Below, piece by piece: positions 1 to 12,936 of a DNA stretch of 64,000 nt. Both the position numbers and the translations under genes were made by a program. The stretch comes from Lobosporangium transversale (lineage: Eukaryota). Position 1 is the stretch's first letter. Every line of letters begins with the position of its first letter. The notes below the pieces were generated by a model. It worked only from the letters and a program-made list of their open reading frames with translations. It ran no database searches and had not been told where the DNA came from. The stretch lies in assembly GCF_002105155.1 (NCBI RefSeq), contig NW_019029021.1:310001-374000 (forward strand). The letters run 5' to 3'.

Positions 1-3000
1 TCACTGCACGTGCTGTTGGGACAGCCGTCAAAATTGCTGTCGTTACAAGTTCCACACCTCAACTCAGTGAGAAGATACAAGCAGTCGCCTTGAATGATCT
101 TCACACAGAGGATATCCTCTCATCGACTTTGGATAGCGCACAAAGAACCAGCCCAATTAATGCCAATACAGAAGGTGTACCTCCTTCATTGGCTCAACGA
201 CGGCGAGAGTCCTCAATCTCGACAGAAACTAGTGGCAGTACAAATTCTGCTCCTTCGGTTGCCAGTGGTGCCAAAAACAGTATCAATAACTATAAGTACC
301 TGGAGCAGCAAATATTTACATTACATGAATTCCCACCAGGAACAGTGTTCAATCTAGGAGGCATTGTCAGCGCAAGATCCGTGAAGCTTATTGAAAATGA
401 TGATGTCGAGACGCGTGACGCCTGGTGGAATGAGTTAAGGGATGAAATTAAATCGCACGCACGTGTGCTCGGCTGTTCTCATGTTATTGGTTATCAGGAG
501 GCTGCTACTATCAACGATGAGCTTATTGTACTTTCAGCCGTAGGGACAGCAGCTAATCTTGATATGACAGCGTTTACTCCGGGCTTTTTTGATGCAAACA
601 AAAACTTGTCGCGTTCTGGCAGTATCAGCCGATCTTATGTCGACAATCCTGCTGATAGCTTTTCATCATCTATCGGCGGAGCCAAAGCGAGCCTCCAAAA
701 TTCGCTCAAAGAGCAACAATGGATGGAGTTGCTCGCTAAACGTAAGAGCAAACGAAAACAACCATCAGGTAAAGTTTCTACAGAGCGTGTGTATTTTACT
801 TTCATACCTATACCAAGGTTAAACGACTTTTGCTTTTTTTCTTACCTATCCTTTTGTCAATTAGCCTGTAGGATGTGTCATATTCCATTTCATCGAAAAT
901 CATCGCCTTTCCCAATGAGTTTGGTCAAATGTCAAAAATGCAAGAAAAAATACGTCCCTGAAATACTACTTAGCACAGTTGAACCACCAGCAGAGTTGGG
1001 AGTAGTTGGGCAAAGCGCTTTTGTGGAGGCGCACGTCTGCCGAGCTAAAAAAAGAAAGGACGGAGAATCGAATGCAACTATTGTTAGTGATGCGATTCCT
1101 TTCGTAGAGTATGACCTGCATCGTCAACTTATGTACAAACTGAAAATTCATGGATTGAATGCCATATTTGGACTTCGTTTCCAACTCACTATAGGTGATT
1201 CCCTTATTGTTGCTGTCGCAAGCGGCACGGCTATGTATCTCTCCGCTTTACCTACTCCTCCAGCGCTCAGGATATCCAGAAATCTTGATGTCATTGATGA
1301 AGAAGACAAAAAATTACTGGAAATACAGCGCAAGATCATGGATCTCTCAGAAAAAAACCGACAAAATCTGGAGGCAGAAAAATTGAAAGAACAGGATGAC
1401 GGAGAGCCAAGTACAATATTACCTCTTAGTGATGGTGTCCAAGCCGCGCAACCAGATGATGACAGCTCGGGTTCAAGTTCAGATTCAGATGACGAAGTAG
1501 AGAAGGAGAATTATCAAACTAATGTTGTAATCCAGATTGATGATGACGCTGACGAAGACCTCATGGCTGTCCTATTGGACCCCGTTTTCACCGATGGATT
1601 TCTCCTCTGCAGTACAGAGACGCTTCCCAACCACCCGTACTTCGTTAGCACAGATCCTATGATACCTGACAATGCCCATTTGATCACCACTGTTAAGCAG
1701 GGCCATATCAACATGATATCCCATCATCCTAACCGACAACTTGCTGCACTCTTTCGGTCTATATATGAGGACCTTCGATTTCGATTGTCATACTTCACTG
1801 ACTGCGTTCTTGCCGGCATATCATACCATATTCAGCTGCCACGAGCAAATGAGGTTCAAATTCAGCTAACAGGGGTTGCTCTTGGGCAACAGCGCCAGGC
1901 AGATGCGTTAGAACCTCTTGGTGTTCCGATTACACTCTCTCCTTGGAGATCAATTCCAAGTTCAGCGATCCTAACCGCCAGTCATTCTAGAGCAGATTCA
2001 GAAAATGGACTTTATCTAACAGGCGCTTCTCCTATTACAGCAAGACCTACAGCAGTCGATGAATCTATGGTTTTCCAAATGGACGAATACCCATTATCTG
2101 AGCCATCGAGGTCGGCTCTTTCGACACAAGCTGCAATGGGGCCCATTGACATATCTAAGGATCTTGAAACCAGCCGAGTGTCATCACACCAAGTAATGAC
2201 TCAAACACCAGGTGACAAAATCACGGAATCCACTTCTACCATAGTTCCAGACACGGCAATTCATGACCATAATTGTCGAATTCGTGCTATCGGTAATGAA
2301 TCCAGCTCTCAAGAAGATGGCTCTGGCATTCGAGTCGGTGACTATTCCCTGCAAGACAATCTATCACAGATTCCATCAGCTGTGAGTTCGAATCTGGCGC
2401 CGCCACAGAATCTAGCAAAGCACTCCAACTCCTCAAACGGAAGTCAGCATAGCGAAAACAATTTTGGAGTGGGGGCGACTAGACCAAGATATCAATTTGG
2501 ACGCAATGGACGTCAGCAGTCTATATCCTCTACTCTTGGTCCGCAGGAGCAAGTAGAGGAGCTAGGTAGGCTCACACTATTACCTATGATGCCTGCTGAT
2601 CGACCCTTCATTGAGATGACGCCACTATCCTTTATCCCGGGAAGAACTCCGACTCGATATTTGGGTAAACTTTCATTACACTTTGTCAAGGAAACACACA
2701 TTTTGCATGATGCGACCGTCTCTAGTGGAATGGGTGGGTTTGTGCACGTGTTTTTGATGGAGATTCAGGCCGTAGCAAGATCACATGTGGCAGCATTAGG
2801 CGGGGATGCTATTCTTGGCCTGCGTGTAGACGAGAGTTTTTTCCAAGAGAGTGTCAAGAATCAGGGATATGCACTGATTTCTATCAGTGGAGACGTTGTC
2901 GGCTGTGCATTATTGGACGAAGAATCAGTCTCATCCCATTCTTCCGATTCTGAGGATGAAAATAGACAAGGAGGAGATGCGATCAATGGGGGTGGGGGAG

Positions 3001-3110
3001 ATTCCGACAGTAGCACTGAGGGTCACACAGCAAAACTAGGTGGATGGCAGAGTAGTAAGGGTATTAATGGCATGGATATTCCGTCATCGACACTTCAGAG
3101 CGATGAATAG
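1..3110 (+). CDS. 3' part of C2 domain-containing protein 5-like (C2CD5/KIAA0528) protein with YbjQ-like repeats; 5' end lies upstream of the window
   Basis: Long ORF with motifs 'GGIVSARSVKL..ETRDAWWNELRDEIKSHARVLGCSHVIGY', 'VSDAIPFVEYDLHRQLMYKLKIHGLNAIFGL' and 'ARSHVAALGGDAILG' typical of the C2CD5 family. Probable 96-nt GT-AG intron at 769-864. Confidence 0.8.
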   Translation, partial: TARAVGTAVKIAVVTSSTPQLSEKIQAVALNDLHTEDILSSTLDSAQRTSPINANTEGVPPSLAQRRRESSISTETSGSTNSAPSVASGAKNSINNYKYLEQQIFTLHEFPPGTVFNLGGIVSARSVKLIENDDVETRDAWWNELRDEIKSHARVLGCSHVIGYQEAATINDELIVLSAVGTAANLDMTAFTPGFFDANKNLSRSGSISRSYVDNPADSFSSSIGGAKASLQNSLKEQQWMELLAKRKSKRKQPSGKVSTERVYFTFIPIPRLNDFCFFSYLSFCQLACRMCHIPFHRKSSPFPMSLVKCQKCKKKYVPEILLSTVEPPAELGVVGQSAFVEAHVCRAKKRKDGESNATIVSDAIPFVEYDLHRQLMYKLKIHGLNAIFGLRFQLTIGDSLIVAVASGTAMYLSALPTPPALRISRNLDVIDEEDKKLLEIQRKIMDLSEKNRQNLEAEKLKEQDDGEPSTILPLSDGVQAAQPDDDSSGSSSDSDDEVEKENYQTNVVIQIDDDADEDLMAVLLDPVFTDGFLLCSTETLPNHPYFVSTDPMIPDNAHLITTVKQGHINMISHHPNRQLAALFRSIYEDLRFRLSYFTDCVLAGISYHIQLPRANEVQIQLTGVALGQQRQADALEPLGVPITLSPWRSIPSSAILTASHSRADSENGLYLTGASPITARPTAVDESMVFQMDEYPLSEPSRSALSTQAAMGPIDISKDLETSRVSSHQVMTQTPGDKITESTSTIVPDTAIHDHNCRIRAIGNESSSQEDGSGIRVGDYSLQDNLSQIPSAVSSNLAPPQNLAKHSNSSNGSQHSENNFGVGATRPRYQFGRNGRQQSISSTLGPQEQVEELGRLTLLPMMPADRPFIEMTPLSFIPGRTPTRYLGKLSLHFVKETHILHDATVSSGMGGFVHVFLMEIQAVARSHVAALGGDAILGLRVDESFFQESVKNQGYALISISGDVVGCALLDEESVSSHSSDSEDENRQGGDAINGGGGDSDSSTEGHTAKLGGWQSSKGINGMDIPSSTLQSDE

Positions 3111-3170
3111 CTTTTATACTATGTATATTGTATTTTATGATGCATTAATATTAGACATTATGAAAAGAAT

Positions 3171-5488
3171 CTACAGTTCTGTACTTGACTCAAGCATACG
3201 GTGATATATCCGAATGCCTGGTCGATGATTGTACTGAGCAAAGCCAACCAAGTCTTCTTCTGAAAGATTATTGGACAAGCCGACTCCAACATGAACAAGT
3301 GTTGGTAATCGTGCTTTTAACTCCTTAAGATCAATGAGTTCTAAGCTGTGATTTTGAAGGATGGTGAATTTTTCGAGTCGATCCAACTGGCATAGATATG
3401 AGACTAGATTCTATAGTAATTAAAGACAGCACAATACAAAATAGACATAAGCATTTCAGCCGTTGGCACACATTCCCTTCAACAAACAGCAACAAAAAAA
3501 AAAAAAAAAGAGATAGAGAGAAAAGACGAGAATTCTGATAATGCTAATGCTGCAAGTCTGATCCTTACCACGGGAACCCAAGTATCAGCCAATTTAGCGA
3601 GTCGAAGAGCTTGCAGTCTCTCAAATCTAATCACAAGGCTTTGCAGAAACCTAACCTGAGCCTCCCAGCCATCTTCAGCATATGGCCTTGGGAACTTGTC
3701 CATGTATTCCAGTTGCTCCAGATTTGCACAAGGCACAAGTTGCTCTGTAAATATGTCTTTTGTCAGATTTCTGCAATGCCATAGCTTCAATATTCTGAGC
3801 TCGGTACATTTGATTAAAATATCCTGTAGAGACTCATTCATCACTAAAGGTACTCGTTCCAGATGAAGCTCTTCCAGCTGATTCAGGTGAAGCGATATGG
3901 ATGAAAACGTCCTCAGTGTGAATTGCGATCCAAAGATGGTTAAGCTTTTCATCTGATCACAGTTAAACATGATTGCTACCATAGCCTCATCCGATATCTC
4001 TCCACAATCTATGAGGCTGAAGCTTTGAAGGTGCGTCAAGGGTGTTTCTGTTAGGAAGCATAATGCATCGTCTGTGATGGAAGGGCCTCCGAGTGTCAAA
4101 TGCTCAAGCCATAACTGTGATTTTAAAAAGAAATTGATATGCTGTGATTGAATGCCTGTACAATTTCGGAATTCAATCGTTGACAACTTTCCAAAATGTT
4201 TGGCAGTTTGTTGAAGTGTGTACGCATATCGATCCAATGCAAGTGATGGATGAATTTGATCTGAGGGATGTGAAGATGTCGTTAATGGCTCGAAATCTGG
4301 ATGACTAGACATAGAAGAGGTGGATGGTGAAGAGATGGTTGAGGATGATGTTGAGGATGAAGGCGCTATAATAGAGAGAGGAGAGCCGTATAACGTGCTG
4401 TTTGTCGTCCTATTAGTGCTTTGCTGCGTCCACGGAGTTTTACTAAAATCTATCTTTTGCTTTTGGCATGACGAAAATATATTACTCCGGTTCATGCTGT
4501 ACATCTTTTGTAATCCTTCAGTCGTAGCCTCTAGTAAGGCAGTACAGTTTATCAGTCTCCATGATCTTAGACGCGTGCATGTTGCTGCAATTTGATTCAC
4601 AACAGTGTCCGTCATTTTGGGAGCTTCGATCGTCAACACCTCTAGATCTGTGCATGTTTTGCTGATCCAACCAAGTGACTCGTCCGTGAAGGAATCGCCA
4701 TGAATTTCAAGACTCCTAAGTTGATGACAATGACGTAGGATTGTACTAAGTTCCAAATCTCCCATCGAATCCGGACAATCAAGTAGGTGAAGCTGAGTTA
4801 GTGCTGAAAAGCAAGGTTCAAGACAAAGCAGTGCATCTAAAGGAACATGCATGCTCCCTAGCGTGAGCTGTCGTAAGGCCTTGGAATTTGCGAGGATGCA
4901 AAGTAGATGGTTTGTGAATGATAAATGAGAAGCCTGTATATCCAGAGACCGAAAGCCTATTTTACTTGATCGAGCCAAGATCTCCAAATGATGATTTGAG
5001 AGTGTATTTGCCAGGATACTAAAGTCGATTCTGCGAATGAATTGAGCACGATGATAAATGCGTTGTCCATGAAAAGGAATCCCATACTCCTTACGCTGTC
5101 GATAAGGTTGATAGAGTGTGGGCACGAGTGAAAGTGATGATAAGGATGTTGTGGTTTTGGAGATCTTGGAGGTACTGACTGTTCTGTCATGCATGGTAGC
5201 AGAGCGACGGAGGGAGGAAGCTAACGAGATGGGAATTGAGGCTGTGGCGGGACTTTCTGTGGCAACGGGTCCTGGTTGATCGGCCTCATGCCGAAGGGTA
5301 TCAAGCAGCAGACGGAAACTGTAAAGGGAATGACATTGAGGATATCGCCATAGCAAAACCAGGCCAGTAGCAGCCCATTCAGAGTTGACGAGACAACAGG
5401 AATGTAAGTCTGATTGAGTCAAAAGATCGAGTGAAAGGATGTGATGCAAGATGTCCTGGGACGATAGTGCAATTGCGGCAGCTGTCAT
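3171..5488 (-). CDS. F-box/leucine-rich-repeat (RNI-like) protein
   Basis: N-terminal F-box-like 'QDILHHILSLDLLTQSDLHSCCLVNSEW' and multiple LRRs ('LRSLEIHGDSFTDESL', 'LQSFSLIDCGEISDEAM'). Intron 3411-3568 joins the 3479-5500 and 3171-3386 ORFs in frame. Confidence 0.8.
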
Positions 5489-5954
5489 GTTGAGATGCAA
5501 AAGTGAAATAGAACGCTAGCAGGCGACGGACGAGATGGCCAGCAGGCCCAGAAAGAGAGAAAGGAAGAGAGAAAATAAGGGAGAATGTGTGGTGAAAGTG
5601 GGCTTTTGCTTACATGCTTACAACGCCCATATCCATTTTTTTTTTTTTTTGCATAGCCCAATAAACAGCCAATTATGCTCACTGCATATGTATAAACATA
5701 ATATGATGTGAAAATACTTTAATCATGGCTGTATATTTTTCCTTTTTCACCACCCCTCGCCCCCCACCATGCAACCTCGCCCTCTTCTTGGGCTCACAAC
5801 AAGGCCATAGTTTTCTGAGAGCTTCATTAAGAAGGCTGGTCTTTATCCTTTCTACAACTTACACACTATTCACTGATGAAGATGTAAGGTTTGCATGATC
5901 TCAGATGCTGTGCTAGAATTACTCCTATGCCTTCATATTCATATGATAAGTGCA

Positions 5955-7349
5955 TCAATTCGAATAATGACATTCAGAAGTTCCGAGTGGATCTGCACCA
6001 TATTTCGAAAGCATACTCTGAAGCGCCTCTCGTGCCACTTGATCATCTTCTTCATCTGCGCCACCATCATCTCCATATTGGCTCCAATCATCCTCTTCCT
6101 CTTCACTATCATAATATATATCGTCGTCTTCCAACTCGCGGTCTTCTTCCATGTCGCTATTCATGGCAACCTCGTCTTGATCATACTCAAGTTCGTATAA
6201 ATCTTCATCCTCTACGATATTAGCACTAGAGTGTTCTTTGTCCACCATGACAGCGGGCTTGTCATTATCATTGCCAACCGTATTGGCATTTGACGAGCTA
6301 CCTGAACCAATATCGGATATTTGGGTATTGCTCAGTGAGAATTGATGGCTGGAGGTATTTGTATAAACACTAGCTCTGCGATTTGACGCAATTCCCGGGT
6401 AGGAATGCAACTCTCTGCGGCGTGGTTGCAATAGCTCCAAGTCAGCATCATCCAGTATCCCCGTTTTCGTGAGCTCTAGCATGTTCACAAGAACTCCCTC
6501 TTCCAGCTGAAGCTTCAAAATCTCTTTGTGCAATGCGGTCCCAAGTGCTTCTAATGTTTTTGCCTCCTGTTCAAGTTCCGTTTGAAGTAATGTTTGCAGG
6601 TCCCGAACAGGTAGTGGACGCATAGCTAGTTGCGCTATCCTTTGTGTATGCATTTCCTGATTCTTGATAAGCATTTCAATGTCCTCCTCTCGGATAGTTG
6701 CTTGGGCAAGCCCATATGTTTTTAATCGCCTACCAGAAGGTGATGTAGGCTTCCACATTATAGGCGACCTTTTTGGCTTCAGTGACGTGTCCTTTTTGGT
6801 TGTCTTGAGCATGGTGATACGATTTCTGGATGACGGCGCCCTAGAGCATGATTTATCATAGATACTCTTAACGGACTTGTCTCGTCTGCCAAGAGCATTC
6901 CGATTATTCATTTGTTTTTCAGTGGCGGCCAATGCGCCACTCCTCCGTATAATGCCGTCTGCTCTCGAAGCAGGGACAACGATACGTTTCTTATAAGCTG
7001 GTTTCACTGCTAATGGCTTTGGCGTCAAGGGCTGTAGATCTTCCTTGGGCTGCGTTGGCGATGAAGGATTACCTTCCTGGTCTTGTGATTGTGTCATGGT
7101 TGGCAATGTGGTTAGAGAAGAAGTCGGAGGCAATAATGGCAATTGCCATTGGTTGTGGCCACCAACAGGAGGCGTGTGAGTAATCTCTACAACTCCTGCA
7201 TGGTTGCTGGTTGTCGTAATTTCGACATTGTTGGAGATATCTTGTGCTTCTTGAATCATCGAGCCATCGGAATTAAATTCTGTCGAGACTGAAGCATTTG
7301 TTGCAGCAATGCCGATCTCCTGGTTACCTTTCTCATTGTGAAGATCCAT
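5955..7349 (-). CDS. Hypothetical protein (464 aa) with coiled-coil segment and acidic C-terminus
   Basis: Single uninterrupted ATG-initiated ORF; 'LEALGTALHKEILKLQLEEGVL' coiled-coil; no family recognised. Confidence 0.7.
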   Translation of the reverse strand: MDLHNEKGNQEIGIAATNASVSTEFNSDGSMIQEAQDISNNVEITTTSNHAGVVEITHTPPVGGHNQWQLPLLPPTSSLTTLPTMTQSQDQEGNPSSPTQPKEDLQPLTPKPLAVKPAYKKRIVVPASRADGIIRRSGALAATEKQMNNRNALGRRDKSVKSIYDKSCSRAPSSRNRITMLKTTKKDTSLKPKRSPIMWKPTSPSGRRLKTYGLAQATIREEDIEMLIKNQEMHTQRIAQLAMRPLPVRDLQTLLQTELEQEAKTLEALGTALHKEILKLQLEEGVLVNMLELTKTGILDDADLELLQPRRRELHSYPGIASNRRASVYTNTSSHQFSLSNTQISDIGSGSSSNANTVGNDNDKPAVMVDKEHSSANIVEDEDLYELEYDQDEVAMNSDMEEDRELEDDDIYYDSEEEEDDWSQYGDDGGADEEDDQVAREALQSMLSKYGADPLGTSECHYSN

Positions 7350-7504
7350 TATTTCTGCAAGAGATGAGATCGATGAGCATCATATGATCACTTTGTACGT
7401 AAATTTTTTCTAGGGGTTATTGCATATCCTTCGGGATGGTAAAAGCTTTCCATGCCTCTCTCTTTCTTCTCATCTTCAGAAAAACCTACAACCTTGAAAA
7501 CGAA

Positions 7505-9244
7505 ATGAAGCTGTTAAGGCTTCCACTACACTTGTTATCGATCTTCCATATTCTTGCAATAGCGTCTCCACTCCTGTCATATACGCACGCCCACCCGTTT
7601 GCGTTTTCACAGGGGCAGGAGCACTCAGAGAAGAGTGAAATACAGTTTCTATTACAGTCCCCTGACACCCAACAGATTCCCCTCGGTGCTCGCCAGTCAC
7701 ATTCCAAGAATGATATATTCGCAGGTCAAAAACTGCCCGATCAAAAACTTACTCTTCGACATCTATTACATCATGGAGGCCATCGATATCCAAAGCTTTT
7801 TCGCAGGATGGACCTTCAACCAGCAGATGTTGCCTTAGCAGAACAGCTGACGGGTGAATCACTTGCTTTCCAACTCAAAGTCACTGCATCAAGCACACTC
7901 AAGCCTCGTGATCAAACCTATCGAAGCCAGGGCTTTCGCTCCCCAGGATCTAGTATAGGACCAGGATCATGGACAAAGGAGATTATTGCCGCACCAGACG
8001 TCACCGACAAGGAGACTATAATCCAGCTGGGAATGATGAATTATAATTCGTATACAGAGGTTGCCAGTCCCGGATGGTATGATCTGGGAGGTCACTGGAG
8101 TGTTGTAAGTATATTATAGTTCGTAATAGAGGGAAAAGGGCTCAATACAGCACTTTATTAACAGTAGATGCTACACTGGATGTTGCAGAACTCGACTTTT
8201 GGATGGGAAGAGGATGGTCTTCGCGGACATGTGTTCGTCTCTGCAGACAACTCGACTCTTATCATTGCCATCAAAGGCACTAGCGCTGCTTTACTTGGAG
8301 GAGGAGGAGGCACCTCGGCACGTGATAAAATAAATGTGAGTACACTTTGATTAAAATTTTCTTTGTCTGTTCATGGTAACATCTTGGCTAAAAAGAAACC
8401 CTATTTATTCTACAAATAGGACAATCTGTTGTTTTCGTGTTGTTGCGCTAAAGTGGACCGAACATGGAGGCCAGTGTGTGATTGTAATACTGGAGGTTAT
8501 CAGTGCGATCAACGATGTGTTGAGAATAGCGTCAGTAGTGACGATGTTTATTACAACATTGCCATGGTGAGTGCAGTATATCAATCTATTTTAGTGAAAA
8601 TGAATAGTCAAAAACAATCCAAGATCTAACAGGCAACTTTATCATGCATACAGCTATTACTATGGACAGTTCAGGATGAGTATCCAGAAGCGAATGTTTG
8701 GTTGACTGGACACAGTCTAGGAGGAGGTTTGGCAGCCCTTCTTGGACTGACTTTTGCTGTTCCAACAGTGACGTTTGAGGCACCGGGTGACCGGCTAGCT
8801 GCCCAAAGGCTGCATTTGCCCATGCCTCCTGCTATCGACTGGGATGATCTTCCGCTTTATCATGTAGGCCACACGGCAGACCCAATCTTCTTGGGTGTCT
8901 GCAATGGTCCTTCCAGTGCTTGCTATTATTCAGGATTTGCAATGGAAAGGTAACCGTGGTTGACAAAGAGCCAATGACTCGTAATCAACAATGCTTGGAA
9001 TGATTAGTAACAAATTCATGTTCGAACTTACTGTGGATACCTGTGTCTCGATTTCAAAAATTTTAGCAAATGCCACACTGGGAGGATGTGTGTATATGAT
9101 CCTGTTAAAGAAGACAACTGGAAGGTAGATATTCGCACTCACAGATTATTTGACACAATCGAAGGTGTACTCAAGCTCAAAGATGTTCCACCTTGCAAGG
9201 TTGAAAAAAAATGTGTAGATTGCGAGATGTGGTCGTACACATAG
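7505..9244 (+). CDS. ATG15: Autophagy-related lipase Atg15-like (class 3 lipase), multi-exon
   Basis: Hydrophobic N-terminus; '[26 protein letters not shown]', '[10 protein letters not shown]', lipase motif '[14 protein letters not shown]', 'GHTADPIF', 'AMESKCHTG'. GT-AG introns link the ORF pieces. Confidence 0.9.
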
Positions 9245-9599
9245 AGAAGTTATGCGAATCAGTGTAATGATCATAACGGAATAGCCCAACAAACCTCAAT
9301 AAATCCCGAACAAACATCCTAATGAGTTTTTAAACCATGATAAGTAAAGCTGTCAGAAGTCAATTGGACGCGCAGGGATATGGCGCCCATTGGCCGCCAC
9401 CATTTTTGGATTGCCAAACTTTACAAACTCACTGTAGAAGCAAACTCAGGAGCAATTGTATACACAGTCGAAGAGGTGATCAAGACACGTGGCGTCCATA
9501 TGCTCTCTTGCCAGCTGATGATCTTTCTCGATTTCTGAGTTATTTCTTTTTTATAATCTCTTCTCTCAAACTTTTCTCATTTACTGTTGCTACTTCCAA

Positions 9600-12500
9600 A
9601 TGCGTTCTGTTTTTCAATCAAAAACTGTAAAAACGGAGTCTTCATCTGAATCTACATCTCAACCTGAGGCACTTAACACTCAACACTCGGAACCATTGCC
9701 AGATGCTAACATGTCTGACAAAGAATTGCCAATAATGGAGCAAAGCCCTGATAAGGACGAGCAGGAAGACGAGTTTGAAATCCCCCCTGAGCCAGTATGT
9801 AGTCGTACAATAATAACTGCGTAGACTCCTTTTTATGCAGAAAATGAACGTTTGCCACATTTTTTCGTGTCTTCACTATGACGAATAGATTCGATGGTTT
9901 CATGCTGTAGACTCACCTTTGACAAAACCCAACGAGCCCAAGAAGAATCCAAAAACACCTGCACCTCCGAGAAAACCTGCAACAACATGGGTACCATTCA
10001 GCATTCGAGATTCAGGTGCACTTGAACGGGCTTTCCAACTGATCCAGCCTATGCGAGAGGAAAGAAAGGCCCCGCTAAACATAGAAAGCGCTATTGACGG
10101 AGGTGAAATGGATGATAATCAAAACTCGCCTCTTAGCAATACCCAGCAAGAACCACTTCTCATTCCTTCAACAGCTTCTATGCCGGAAGGATCTGAGGCT
10201 TCTGCGACAGCTTCGACAGTCCTTGTTAATGAGGATCATTTGTTTGAAGTGAATATCAATAAGATGGAAATCAAGCCGGTATGTCTTAATATGTTGTACC
10301 TCTTCATTCTGTCACAAGGAAGCTCGCAATGATCTTCATATTGACCCTCCTGAATACCTTTCAAACATGTTAGGTCTACTGGCAAGGACCAACGTATGAA
10401 GTTAGAAGAGCTGTATGGTTTTTACAATACGATGGCAAATTCGTCCCGTGTGAGGCGAATCTCTCGCAGCAGATCGAGTATGGATATATGTAAGTGGGAA
10501 AAACTAAAAATATTATAATCTTTGATAATAAAAATGCGTGCAGCTTATATTATACCTTTTTTTTTTTTTTTTTTTTTTTTCCTTAAAGTAAACATCGGCC
10601 TTGGATAATCACTCCTCCGATATTAGATGCCAATGGAAAAGAAGTAGTCGAGGACAAGCCCGAGAAAAGTTGGGCCCTTTTAGGCAAATATATTTCACAA
10701 TATGTTGTTTTCTCAGATGCTCATCATGCGTATTTGCTAAGGTTTGTTGGGAAACATATAAGAAAGAAACAGATTTGTTAATGAAGTTGTGTTGAGTCAA
10801 AATACTAATATGGAGCAAGCACACTTTAACTTTAGCGATGATTTGCGAAGCAAAGTCGCAAAGACGATCTTCACTAAAGTTTCACTTCAAACCACTTTGG
10901 GAGGTACACATCTTATCCGGGGTTATGACGAGGTCGAAAATTTCATTTCCAAGAAGGCATCAGAAGACGCATCTCAGAAAAAGAAGGAAGGGACCGAGCC
11001 CAAGAGAAAAGAGACCTCCGAGGTCCAAAAGAAAAGGGAGGTGGCACAGAAGCTTAAAGAAAAGACTAAACGTTTAACAGAAGAAGAGAAAGACAGCATT
11101 CAAGAATCCCATGAGATTGATGATTATTCCAACGAAGAGGATGCTGAAGTGCGCACTATCGATCACTTGGTACTGGTGATTCATGGTGTGGGACAAAAGC
11201 TTGGCGACCGGATGGAAGCCATCAACTTTATTCATGACGTTAATGTGATGCGAAGGACTATGAAAGAAACAGCCGCAACTTTCATTCAGAATACACCTAA
11301 TAGTGCAGCTCCTAAAAACCAGGTTGTAGCAGACAGGAGCAGAGAGGCGCCACCAGTAGCGGCCTCAAAGAATCCATACTCTATGCCGTCAGGATTTGGT
11401 GTTCAGGTCTTACCTGTCGAGTGGAGGAGACAAATTATATTTGGTATGGCAACAGATGACGGAGAAATCCAACGAGACTTAAGCACACCAGAAGCGGAAG
11501 AGGGCTGCCCAACTATGGAAGATATCATGCTTGATGGAGTACCTTCGATTCGTATGCTTGCATCGGATGTATTGATGGATGGTAATCACTTCATTTTTTC
11601 ATTTTTTATTTTTATTTTTTCATTTTTTATTTTTATTGTATCCTGTTTCTTGCCTCATATCATCCATTCATCTAACACAAGTTACAACATCTAGTATTGC
11701 TCTATATGACCCCTAGCTATAAGCGTAAGATGATGGAGGTTGTCACTACTGAGCTCAACAACGTCTATAGGAAATTTATCCATCATAATCCAGATTTTCT
11801 CCGCCGCGGGGGCAAGGTTTCGATCCTTGGACACTCTTTAGGATCGCTCTTAGCTCTGGATATCCTCAACCATCAGCCATTCAGCCCAAATCACTATCAA
11901 CCAGTCCCTTCCTCGCCTGTGTACGAAAAGTTCATTTCTTTTGATCGGGGAAGCATCAACCCAGTAGCATTGGACTTTCCGGTCACAAATTTTTTTGCCC
12001 TTGGTAGTCCCATCGGATTATTTCTTCTTCTCAAAGGTTGTAAACTGGGTGCAAGGTTATCAGACGGTAGCACAACAGGCGAGTCAACATTATCACCATG
12101 TTTTCGGCCAGCAGTTGAGAACTTATTCAACATCTTTCATCGATCAGATCCAGTTGCATATCGCGTGGAGGTAATAGGCTGAGTCTCCGTGTAATGGAGT
12201 GCTGCTCAAATCAATCAAACAGGCTTGTGACTTGACCATATCTTTCTCATTTTTCTCATCCTCCTTTCACTTTCCCTCCGCAGCCTCTCATATCGCGTTC
12301 ATTTGGCTCAAAGACACGACCGGCTCTTGTTCCGTACCATAAAGGTGGCCTCAAAGGCCTTCATATTGGAATTCAGGACTTTAGCAATGATCTTGCTAAC
12401 CGTGCCAATACTATGATGGAATCTGTCAAACTTGGTATCACCACATCCGCTATCACTCGGGCCCTCGGCTTTAAGACTAATCCAGTCGCAAATGCTGCAG

Positions 12501-12936
12501 TAATACACAATGCCAAAGCACAGGGATCTGGAAGCATACCGGGGCAAGCAAGTGACACGGAGTTGACCACAATCGTAGACGGAGGCGAGCTGACGGAAGT
12601 ATCTACAAACTCAAATGGCAACACTACTCCTCGAATGACACCAGAGATGTTCAGTGCAATCAGCAAGGCGAAAGTGAGGGCATTGAACAAAACTGGACGC
12701 GTAGATTGGTGCTTGCAGGAAGGAGTATTTGAAAATGCGTATCTATCAGCACTCTCTGGTAAGCTCTAGTTGACATGTCAAAAGCTTTGCTTCTTCAAAG
12801 AAACATGGGAGCTAACCCTTTTTTTGCTTGTTTGTCTATGATAATTTTTTAATCTCTAATAGTTCACATGCAGTATTGGTCGGATAGTGATGTGGCAGCA
12901 TTTATCATCCGTCAGACGTACGACATGAACCAGTAG
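9600..12936 (+). CDS. DDHD-domain phospholipase A1 (PA-PLA1/Ddl1-like), multi-exon
   Basis: 'HLVLVIHGVGQ', 'VQVLPVEWR', 'GHSLGS' nucleophile motif, 'FFALGSPIGLF', 'NIFHRSDPVAYRVEPL' and terminal 'HMQYWSDSDVAAF'. Confidence 0.9.

Noticed and set aside
5891..6223. Plus-strand His/Ile-rich ORFs
   Set aside because: Antisense shadows of the acidic tail of the 5955-7349 gene.
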